DNA of 59,090 nucleotides, filler included, from Candidatus Omnitrophota bacterium (GTDB taxonomy: Bacteria; Omnitrophota; Gorgyraeia; JAGLLT01), in NCBI GenBank assembly GCA_023140385.1. It is 3 parts of 3 records of this genome, joined end to end, with 100 filler letters (N's around TTAATTAATTAA, not from the genome) between each part and the next. Parts side by side here need not be neighbours in the genome. Positions count along the whole stretch, not along the records: positions 1 to 24,585 come from JAGLLT010000052.1; 2 more parts are not named here. One strand, 5' to 3'. Both the position numbers and the translations under genes were made by a program. Positions 9,170-17,203 of this stretch are shown piece after piece. A model generated the notes under the pieces. That model worked only from the letters and a program-made list of their open reading frames with translations. It was not told where the DNA came from and ran no database searches. Position 1 is the stretch's first letter, and each line of letters starts with the position of its first letter.

Positions 9170-10933
9170 CTAATGGGTAATATTATTTGTTCCGCTTTTA
9201 TTTATCAAGGCTCTCTGCTTGCTATATTTTTCAACTTTTTTATATAATTTTTTAGCGCGGAGACAAAAAGGACTGTCCGGATAATCTGAAATTAATCGGC
9301 TTAAACATTCCTTTGTCCGCTTATTATCTCTACAGTACTTATAATAAATCAAACTGGCACGATATAAAGCCTCAGGCGCTCTATAACTGTCAGGAAATTC
9401 TACATAGATATGCTCATAAAAACTTAATGCCTGATTCTTTCGAAAACCCTTATCTTTTCTTCTGCTCTCTAAGCCCCAACCTTTGTCTAAATCTCTCGCG
9501 CTTTTAAATATTTGTTCTACTATAGTAAGCTGCCCCGTCCTTTCTATATGTACCAAAACTCCTTCTTGCTCAATTTGCTTACGACTTAACGTCTTCTTTT
9601 CCTGGCGGGAAAGTAGAATTTTAGGCGTAATAAAAACAGCTAATTCCTTTCGCTCCTTATTTCTTTCACTGCGTGAGAATAAAAGTCCCAAAACAGGAAT
9701 GTCGCCTAAAATAGGAATTTTCTCTTTTGTAAATTCATCTCCCTGCTTAATCAGTCCGGCAATAATCAACGTTTCTCCTTCTTTTATACGCACAGTGGTA
9801 TCGGCCTCACGCGTGGTAATTCTCGGACCGGCATCTAAAGAAGCATATAAAGAAGAAACCTCTGGATGAACACGCATAGTAATATATCCATCTTCATTTA
9901 TCTGAGGAACTACCCGCAAAGTAACACCGATATCCACAAACTTGGTGGTTTCGGTTGTTCCGGTAGCGGTTTGAGTACGCTCTTTATAGGGATACCTCTC
10001 ACCAATAACAATACGCGCTTCCTGATTGTTTAAAACGGCTATAGTGGGAGAAGCCAGGAGATTAGCCTTTCCATCTTTGACTAAGGCATCAAGGGTACCG
10101 GTAATGGTCAGGTCCAATAAAGCGAGGGTATCCAGGGTAAACTGACCGCCGGTGAGAGAGGAAGATTGTTCGCTCATATCCAAAGTGCCTTTTAGTCTTT
10201 CCTCATAAGCCTTTTGTTTTCGGGTAAAAATTCCGTGTCCCGGATTAAAATCCGCGTCCCATTTTATACCAAACATAGCTAAATCCGTTGAGGTAATATC
10301 AACAATCTTTGCCTCGATAAGCACCTGTTGAGGGGCAATATCTATTTTTTTAAGAAGCTTTATAACTTTTTGGATATTTCGCGTAAAATCCGTAATAATA
10401 AGAGCATTAGATAACTCATCTATCTTAATATCTCCTTTTTCAGAAATAACCTTTTTTAAAATATTCTGCGCCTCACCTGACTGAATATATTTTAAACGTA
10501 TTACCTCGGAGGTTAAGTTCACAACTTTTGTATCGCCTTTAGAAACATACATAATGCCGTCGCGGATAGTGTAGGCTAAACCATTTATGGTTAGCATTGC
10601 CTCTAAGGCCTTCCCTACGGTGATGTTTTTTAGGTTCACAGTTACCTTCCCCTTTACATCCGGAGAGGCAATAATATTTACATCATAAGTCCAGGAAAGA
10701 GAGCGTAAAATATTGCATAAATCCGCGTCTTTATAATCCAGATCTATCACTTGCTCAAGTTTATCTTCAATGCTGATGTTTTCTGTTTCAGAAACTTCAG
10801 CGGTAACAGAAATCTCAGAGGTGGATTCTTCCGACCAAATAGGCGTTTGAATAAATATCAAATCACCCATTAAAAGCCCAATCAAAATTAACCGCGTCAT
10901 ATACCTGAGCTTGTGTATTTTTTGGTATATCAT
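9170..10933 (-). CDS. pilQ: Secretin (PilQ/GspD family) with C-terminal TPR extension
   Basis: N0/N3-like domains, QVLIEAKIV, LASPTIAVLNNQEA, KIPILGDIPVLGLLF, ELAVFITPKI; extra ~140 aa with FPDSYRAPEALY / YPDSPF. Confidence 0.9.
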   Translation of the reverse strand: MIYQKIHKLRYMTRLILIGLLMGDLIFIQTPIWSEESTSEISVTAEVSETENISIEDKLEQVIDLDYKDADLCNILRSLSWTYDVNIIASPDVKGKVTVNLKNITVGKALEAMLTINGLAYTIRDGIMYVSKGDTKVVNLTSEVIRLKYIQSGEAQNILKKVISEKGDIKIDELSNALIITDFTRNIQKVIKLLKKIDIAPQQVLIEAKIVDITSTDLAMFGIKWDADFNPGHGIFTRKQKAYEERLKGTLDMSEQSSSLTGGQFTLDTLALLDLTITGTLDALVKDGKANLLASPTIAVLNNQEARIVIGERYPYKERTQTATGTTETTKFVDIGVTLRVVPQINEDGYITMRVHPEVSSLYASLDAGPRITTREADTTVRIKEGETLIIAGLIKQGDEFTKEKIPILGDIPVLGLLFSRSERNKERKELAVFITPKILLSRQEKKTLSRKQIEQEGVLVHIERTGQLTIVEQIFKSARDLDKGWGLESRRKDKGFRKNQALSFYEHIYVEFPDSYRAPEALYRASLIYYKYCRDNKRTKECLSRLISDYPDSPFCLRAKKLYKKVEKYSKQRALINKSGTNNITH

Positions 10934-10975
10934 TACTTTATCTCCCGGTTATTCGAAATAGTACACATTGTTTAC

Positions 10976-11830
10976 TCACCTCTCAATTTCAAGTGTGCAT
11001 TCCTCCGCGTCGTCAGTCAAGATCACACCTTCAGGAAGTATTTGTATTATTTTAAAATTACCTATTTGACTGCCTATTTTTACCACCTCTCCATTTATAA
11101 TAGCGGTAGATTTTTCTGCGTTATACGTTATACCTTCTAATTTTAACTCCTTTTTTTTCTCTTTTATGAAATTTTTTGACTTTGAAATAAATATATCTCT
11201 GGTATCAGAAGTTATCTCTAAAACATCTTTTGCTATAAGCTGCTCCACAGAAGAAAAATTTGTTAAAAGGCTGGAAAATATCATTCGGCCGGAAACTTCC
11301 TTATTGCCCGAAGAAGAGTTTGAAAGTTCTATTTCCTCAATTTTTAGAAAGGGCGAGATACTCTCCAGCCTTTTAATATAATTTATTACCTCTTTATAAA
11401 CTGCGTTAAATTCAACTTCAATAAAAATCCGGGAATAATTATCATTTATTTCTATTTTCTTGCGTAGAGAAAGTAACTTAACTTTTTCTTTTGCCTGCCG
11501 GCTAAACTCTGCCAAAAGTTGAGCAATATTTCCCGTAGCCGGAAGCGCACTTCTTATCCGGCCTATCTGACTAAGGAGATTTTCGCATTCTTCATCTAAC
11601 ATCGCTGTCTTTCCCTTTTGCTTATCCAAACTGGGAATTTTAGCTTTAAGGCCCTTTAGGCGACTACGAAATCTTTCTGACTGGCCTTTATAACGTTTTA
11701 TCCCGCGGGATAAAGGCTTATAAATTGTTTGTGAATAAACGTTAAATCCAATAAAAGCGATAAAGGCAACGACTAATATCTTTTCCCTGTATTTTAACTT
11801 TTTAAAAGAAATTAAAACTTTATCTATCAT
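10976..11830 (-). CDS. PilO/GspM-like protein fused to a C-terminal PilP/GspC/GspB-like beta domain
   Basis: REK..TM, coiled coil, LP...IAQLL, YIKRLES; C-terminal LKLEGITY..AIINGEVVKIG..IIQILPEGVIL; position in cluster. Confidence 0.7.
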   Translation of the reverse strand: MIDKVLISFKKLKYREKILVVAFIAFIGFNVYSQTIYKPLSRGIKRYKGQSERFRSRLKGLKAKIPSLDKQKGKTAMLDEECENLLSQIGRIRSALPATGNIAQLLAEFSRQAKEKVKLLSLRKKIEINDNYSRIFIEVEFNAVYKEVINYIKRLESISPFLKIEEIELSNSSSGNKEVSGRMIFSSLLTNFSSVEQLIAKDVLEITSDTRDIFISKSKNFIKEKKKELKLEGITYNAEKSTAIINGEVVKIGSQIGNFKIIQILPEGVILTDDAEECTLEIER

Positions 11831-13674
11831 CTTCTTATCTCGGCAACTACTTCAAAAGTATAAATTTCACTCTTGGATTCCTTCTCACTACTGATAAAAC
11901 TAGCTCCGGAAAATTCATCTTTTGCTTTTAGGGCGTCTACCAGCTGCATCACCACATTTATATCCTGCGTAGAACCTATGATGTTCAACTTTCCCTCTTC
12001 ATACTTTAACTTTGTGACCCAAACATCCTCCGGCAATAATAAAGAAGTAATAAAAAGAATATTAGAAATTTCTTCCGGCCTTCGCGCCCCATCCTCAAGA
12101 AACTTTAACTCTTCCTTCAATAGAATCTTCTTATCCAAAATTTCAGATTCTATTTTAGCTAAATCTAACTGTTCGAGATTGCGGTCGTTAAGTGTTATCT
12201 TTGCCTTTTCCGTTTCCATCCTTAAAAAATTCATCTTTGATTTTGAAAGAGCCAACTTCGCTACCTGAAAACCGACAAGAATCATAAAAAGACAGCTAAT
12301 CGCGACTGTCACTGCAACTGCTCTTTTTTTCCTAAAAATCTCCCTGAAAATCTTACTGGACTTTTTTGATTCGGCAGATATAAAGTTGAGACATTGTGAT
12401 TTGTCCGTTTTTGAGCTTACGGCTAAAGCCGCGCATACTGTAAAATTAGAGTCATGTTGAATGAGAGCTTTATTCTTTTGAGTGAGAGTTTCGGAAATAC
12501 CAAATAAATCAAAAGGATTGACTACTTCTACGGGCACGCCCAATTTTAAACCTAAAAAGCTGTTTAAATTTTTAAGGGTGGCTCCTTTCCCTGATAAGAT
12601 CAGACGGTCAAACTTAATAACCTGAGACTGGCTAACCTGATAAGAAAAATATTTGAATGAGTGCTCAATATCCACTACCAGATTTTCTAAATGTGAAACT
12701 ATGGCGTAATAAATTTTAGCAGATTCACTCTGCGTCTTTTCTGAGGATTTGTTTTCTAAAAAAGGTGAGGGTTTTTTATCTACTGACCAATAAATAAGGC
12801 CATGCTGTTTGAGCGCTTCTTTCGCGTTCTCTATGCTTATATTCAAGGATTTAGAAACTGTATTGGCTAAATGTTCAAAATTAAAGTTAAGCTGTCTTAA
12901 GAAAAGCGCCTTTCCATTTTTTTCAATAATCAGCGAACTTTCATCGACACCTAAATCAAGCCATAAAGCTACCTCCTCCGTTTCAGCCGGCCGTCTAAAG
13001 AATCTACTCAAGTTAATTAGACTAAGCTGACTAATCTCTAAAGAAAACAATTTCAGGCCTACAGCGTTAAATAATTGAGATTTTTGGGCAATTATTTTAT
13101 AAGGCGCGCAGGCGCACAACAATCTGATTCCCGGTGATACCGCTGTTTTTTGCTCATCGGTGTCCAACTTTAAAAATTTGAAATTTATTTCCTCCATATT
13201 CAAATCAAAGGGTCTAATTTGAGCAAGTTTGTATTGTAACGCGGTGTTAAGTTCTGACTCAGGCATAGAAGGGAAAGTTACGTTGTAAATCCGGATATCA
13301 TTAACAGAAAGCCCTATTACGCAATCCTGAGTAATATTATTGCGTTTAACTATCTTTTGAAGCGCATCTTTTTGATAGGTCAAATGATTAACTTCTAAAG
13401 CTATAGAGTATTTCTCTTCATCTATTGCTACAATTTCCAATTCACCTTTTGGATTCTCGGCCAATTGCAGGAATTTAATACTTTGAGAATTTATATCTAT
13501 TGCCGGCGGCAAAGCCGTTAAGGACTGCGATTTTTTAGCCTTTAAGGACAGTATGGTTTTGGGAGGACGTTTAAAATTAGTAAAAAGAGCGGAAACCTTG
13601 CCCTTAGCCGTGTGAGGCCTTCCAAATATCTCTTTCACGATATTCTTGTTATGCTGGGCTTTGTTTTTATTCAT
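11827..13674 (-). CDS. PilM-PilN fusion (GspL-like architecture)
   Basis: Actin-like PilM part (AIDINSQSIK, WLDLG, LILSGKGA, VEVVNPF), then LNF motif, TM, coiled coil and PilN LPEDVWVTKL. Confidence 0.8.
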   Translation of the reverse strand: MNKNKAQHNKNIVKEIFGRPHTAKGKVSALFTNFKRPPKTILSLKAKKSQSLTALPPAIDINSQSIKFLQLAENPKGELEIVAIDEEKYSIALEVNHLTYQKDALQKIVKRNNITQDCVIGLSVNDIRIYNVTFPSMPESELNTALQYKLAQIRPFDLNMEEINFKFLKLDTDEQKTAVSPGIRLLCACAPYKIIAQKSQLFNAVGLKLFSLEISQLSLINLSRFFRRPAETEEVALWLDLGVDESSLIIEKNGKALFLRQLNFNFEHLANTVSKSLNISIENAKEALKQHGLIYWSVDKKPSPFLENKSSEKTQSESAKIYYAIVSHLENLVVDIEHSFKYFSYQVSQSQVIKFDRLILSGKGATLKNLNSFLGLKLGVPVEVVNPFDLFGISETLTQKNKALIQHDSNFTVCAALAVSSKTDKSQCLNFISAESKKSSKIFREIFRKKRAVAVTVAISCLFMILVGFQVAKLALSKSKMNFLRMETEKAKITLNDRNLEQLDLAKIESEILDKKILLKEELKFLEDGARRPEEISNILFITSLLLPEDVWVTKLKYEEGKLNIIGSTQDINVVMQLVDALKAKDEFSGASFISSEKESKSEIYTFEVVAEIRR

Positions 13675-14570
13675 TGGGCATTAATTGAGTCAGGCCGGGT
13701 TAATAAAATTACATCTTCGGTTAGCGCGAGATAATCCTCCGCGCCATGTGATTTAGGAGCGTATTCAAATATAGATTTTTTATTTAAGGATGCCTCAGCC
13801 AATTTTATAGTCCTTCGGATAACAGTACTAAAAACCTTGTCTTTAAAATAGTCTTTTATCTGCTGAAGTATATCTTTATTCATCTTTGCTCTTGAATCAA
13901 ACAAGGTGGGCAATATACCTAAAATCTCCAATTGGGAATTTAGCCGCTCTCGTACAAGTTCTATGGTTGAAAAGAGTTCTTTCATGCCTTCTAATGAAAA
14001 ATAATGCGTCTGAATAGGAACAAGTACAGATTGGGCTGCCACCAATCCGTTTATAGTTAAAAGGTTTAGCGAAGGAGAGCAATCTATTATAATGTAGTCA
14101 TAACTTTTAATTTGTGTTTTCAACGTTCTATAAATAGCAGTTCTTAAAAGCCCCTCCCGCTCAGATAAATCAGCTATCTTGAGCTGCGCGCCGGTAAGTA
14201 ATGAGACGGCGGGGATAATATCCAGATTCTTTATGTATGTTGGTATAATTACACGTTCGGATTCTAAATTACTCACTAAAATATCATAGACTGAATAAAT
14301 TAAATTATCTACATTTATTCCAATGCCAAATGAGGCATGCGCCTGAGCATCTAAATCTATCATAAGAACTTTAAACCCTTTTTTCGCTAAACACGAAGAG
14401 AGATTTATGGAAGTAGTTGTTTTCCCGCATCCTCCCTTTTGGTTAACAATAGAAATAATTACCGTTTTGGCCTTAGATTTTTCTGGTGACGAATAGAATT
14501 TTTCAGGTATGTGAGGCTGGGGAACTTGGGTATTTTTTTTATTAAAAATTGCTTTTAAATCTTCAAACAT
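13671..14570 (-). CDS. parA: ParA/Soj family ATPase (orphan, no parB nearby)
   Basis: NQKGGCGKTTT deviant Walker A, IDLDAQ, YIIIDCSPSL. Confidence 0.9.
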   Translation of the reverse strand: MFEDLKAIFNKKNTQVPQPHIPEKFYSSPEKSKAKTVIISIVNQKGGCGKTTTSINLSSCLAKKGFKVLMIDLDAQAHASFGIGINVDNLIYSVYDILVSNLESERVIIPTYIKNLDIIPAVSLLTGAQLKIADLSEREGLLRTAIYRTLKTQIKSYDYIIIDCSPSLNLLTINGLVAAQSVLVPIQTHYFSLEGMKELFSTIELVRERLNSQLEILGILPTLFDSRAKMNKDILQQIKDYFKDKVFSTVIRRTIKLAEASLNKKSIFEYAPKSHGAEDYLALTEDVILLTRPDSINAQ

Positions 14571-14733
14571 TTTAATTCCACTCCTTAGAATTAAACCCTT
14601 CTTTTAACGTTTCACGAAGACATAAATGCGGGGTATAGAATAATACTTATATTACTATATAATGTATAGCACAAAAAGCTCAATTAATCAATGGGCGGTA
14701 GTATTATTTTTTTGATAGCACAATATATTGGGG

Positions 14734-15633
14734 TTAAGCCTTGCTAAGGTAATTCTGCATGTCGGTGGGTAGTTCAACCTCAAACTCAACGTACTTTTTT
14801 GTTGCGGGGTGCGTAAAACCCAGCTTTGTTGAATGAAGCATCTGCCGCGGCGCGCCCTTTATTACGCCGTACTTTCTATCGCCTAATATCGGATAGCCTA
14901 TATGCTTAAGGTGGACTCGTATCTGATGTGTCCTTCCGGTCCTAAGGTCAAGCTCCAGGAGAGTAGCTCCTTTAAATCTCTTTATAACTTTGTAAATGGT
15001 TACCGCGTCTCTTTTTGAATTATAGTCCACCATCATCTTTTGCCTTACACGGGAAGACCTTCCGATGGGCGCGTTTATCAGGCCGCCATCCAACTGCACC
15101 TCACCGAAAACCAAAACCATATACCCCCGCTTAACCTCCCGCTCCTTAAATTGCCTGACTAACTCATTGTGGGTATCATTGTCCTTGGCTATCACCATAA
15201 GGCCGGAGGTATCCTTGTCCAGCCGGTGGACTATGCCGGGCTTTAAGTCACCGGCCACGCTTGACAACCGCGGAAAGCGATATAAAAGAGCGTTAATTAG
15301 AGTGTGTTTCATTGAAATAGAAGAAGGATGAACAATTATACCGGCAGATTTATTAATCACGGCCAGACAGCCGTCTTCATAAACCACATCCAGTTCAATC
15401 TTTTCTGCCCGCGGAAGACTGTCTTCTTCAGGCATAAAAGAAATTGCAATACTTTCGCCCTCTTTAAGAATATGCCGGGATTTAACGGGATTGCTGTCAA
15501 GAAGAATTAACTTTTCGTTAATTAACTTTTGGATAGCAGAACGCGAACATCTTTTATCCAGTACTTCAACCAGATACTGATCAATGCGCCCGCCGGCACT
15601 TTCTGAAGTAATCTTAAATTTCTTTTTTTCCAT
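14734..15633 (-). CDS. rluD: RluA-family 23S rRNA pseudouridine synthase
   Basis: S4 domain, GIVHRLDKDTSG, TGRTHQIRVH. Confidence 0.92.
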   Translation of the reverse strand: MEKKKFKITSESAGGRIDQYLVEVLDKRCSRSAIQKLINEKLILLDSNPVKSRHILKEGESIAISFMPEEDSLPRAEKIELDVVYEDGCLAVINKSAGIIVHPSSISMKHTLINALLYRFPRLSSVAGDLKPGIVHRLDKDTSGLMVIAKDNDTHNELVRQFKEREVKRGYMVLVFGEVQLDGGLINAPIGRSSRVRQKMMVDYNSKRDAVTIYKVIKRFKGATLLELDLRTGRTHQIRVHLKHIGYPILGDRKYGVIKGAPRQMLHSTKLGFTHPATKKYVEFEVELPTDMQNYLSKA

Positions 15634-16360
15634 ATGTCGCCTGATACAAATATAAAACTCCTGCCAGTAAAACGAAAGAAAGGTTAATCAGCTGAGTAGC
15701 CGTTAAGCCGAAGAGAACTCCTGGCAAGTCGCCCCTTAAGAAATCTATAAAGAACCTTATAAACCCATAAAATAAAAAGTAAAGCGCGAATATTTTTCCC
15801 CTAAACCTTTTTCTCGACGATAGAATATTAAGTACAACAAATACAGCCAGCCAGCTGGCCGAATAGTACAACTGCGTAGGATGAACGTAAGCCTCCCTGC
15901 CGGGAAACAGTACGCCCAGGGCGCAATCTGTCTCTCTGCCGTAACAACAGCCGTTTAAAAAACACCCTATGCGTCCGAGAAACTGGCCCAGAGCCACATA
16001 AGGCACAACAAAGTCAGCCGTCTTAAGAAAACTTATCTTTTTCTTTTTTAGATACCAAAAGCCGCATAAACCTGCCAGCACCACTCCGCCCTGATAGGCC
16101 AGGCCTCCGTGATGAAGCATAATTATTTCCCGGGGGTAGGCTGTGTAATAGCCAAGATTTAATCCAACGTGCAGTAAACGTCCGCCGATAATACCGGAAA
16201 TCAACAGGCATACAGACAGATCTAAAATTATGTCAGGATTAAGCCCGGCTTTTTTAGAACGCGCGGCCATTAGAGAGACGGCTGTCAAGAAAGCTAAAGA
16301 GAGCATCACGCCGTAGGAATAAATGGTCAGAGGGCCTATCCTAAAGATTACCGGGTGCAT
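15614..16360 (-). CDS. lgt: Prolipoprotein diacylglyceryl transferase
   Basis: YSYG, GRIGCFLNGCCYG, HPTQLY; adjacent to lspA. Confidence 0.92.
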   Translation of the reverse strand: MHPVIFRIGPLTIYSYGVMLSLAFLTAVSLMAARSKKAGLNPDIILDLSVCLLISGIIGGRLLHVGLNLGYYTAYPREIIMLHHGGLAYQGGVVLAGLCGFWYLKKKKISFLKTADFVVPYVALGQFLGRIGCFLNGCCYGRETDCALGVLFPGREAYVHPTQLYYSASWLAVFVVLNILSSRKRFRGKIFALYFLFYGFIRFFIDFLRGDLPGVLFGLTATQLINLSFVLLAGVLYLYQATYGKKEI

Positions 16361-16806
16361 CCGCTTAGCATCCCCTTACCTTTTTCGCTTCCGAGTATAG
16401 ATATTATAAGAACCGCCGTCCCAACCGTTATGGCACTGTCGGCAATATTGAAAACGGGCCAAAATCTGAAATCAATGTAATCAACCACGTACCCCACCCT
16501 TACGCGATCAATCAGATTGCTCGCGGCCCCGGAGAGAATAAGAGCAAAACAGATTTTGAATAAAAGATTTTTTTTAGCTGATTGAACCATAAGGACGCTT
16601 ATGGCCGCTATAGCCAGCAGGCTCAAAATAACAAAGAAAGTATTGTTGCCGGCAAACAAGCCAAAGGCTGTCCCTGTATTATGCACTATCCTTATGTCAA
16701 AAACGCCGCAGTTGATAAAACTGCCGCCTGTTAACCGCAGAGTGAAAAAGTATTTTGCCGCCTGATCAAAGACTATTATTGCTATGACAGTCAATAAAAA
16801 AAGCAT
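16348..16806 (-). CDS. lspA: Lipoprotein signal peptidase II
   Basis: NTGTAFG, SNLIDR, VVDYID, FNIADSAI. Confidence 0.95.
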   Translation of the reverse strand: MLFLLTVIAIIVFDQAAKYFFTLRLTGGSFINCGVFDIRIVHNTGTAFGLFAGNNTFFVILSLLAIAAISVLMVQSAKKNLLFKICFALILSGAASNLIDRVRVGYVVDYIDFRFWPVFNIADSAITVGTAVLIISILGSEKGKGMLSGCTR

Positions 16807-16807
16807 A

Positions 16808-17203
16808 CTATTTATTAACGCTTTCTTCTTCTTCCTGATGTTTTATACACAGCTCCGCGTAAGGCACAGCCTTTAATCTTTTTTCAGGAAGCTTCTTGCC
16901 GCATTTAATACAGTATCCGTACGTTTTATCTTCTATGCGTTTTAAGGCCTCGTCAATTCTATTAAGAACTTTTTGCTCATTGCCTACCAGGCTAAGTGAA
17001 AAATCCCTGTCATAGTTGTCGGTAGCCAAATCAGCCATATGAAGGGTGTGGCTTGAAAGGTTGCCGGATGATTCTCTAAGTGTCTTATTCAAAGCTTCAT
17101 CACCCAGATGCTGAATCTGGCTTGAAATCTCACCCCTCTGCCTATCTAATAGTTTCCTAAAAACGATTAGCTTTTCTTTTTTCATTCTCTCTGTCTTTGG
17201 CAT
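16808..17203 (-). CDS. dksA: DksA/TraR family zinc-finger protein
   Basis: HMADLATD coiled-coil tip, YGYCIKCG..RLKAVPYAELC. Confidence 0.85.
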   Translation of the reverse strand: MPKTERMKKEKLIVFRKLLDRQRGEISSQIQHLGDEALNKTLRESSGNLSSHTLHMADLATDNYDRDFSLSLVGNEQKVLNRIDEALKRIEDKTYGYCIKCGKKLPEKRLKAVPYAELCIKHQEEEESVNK

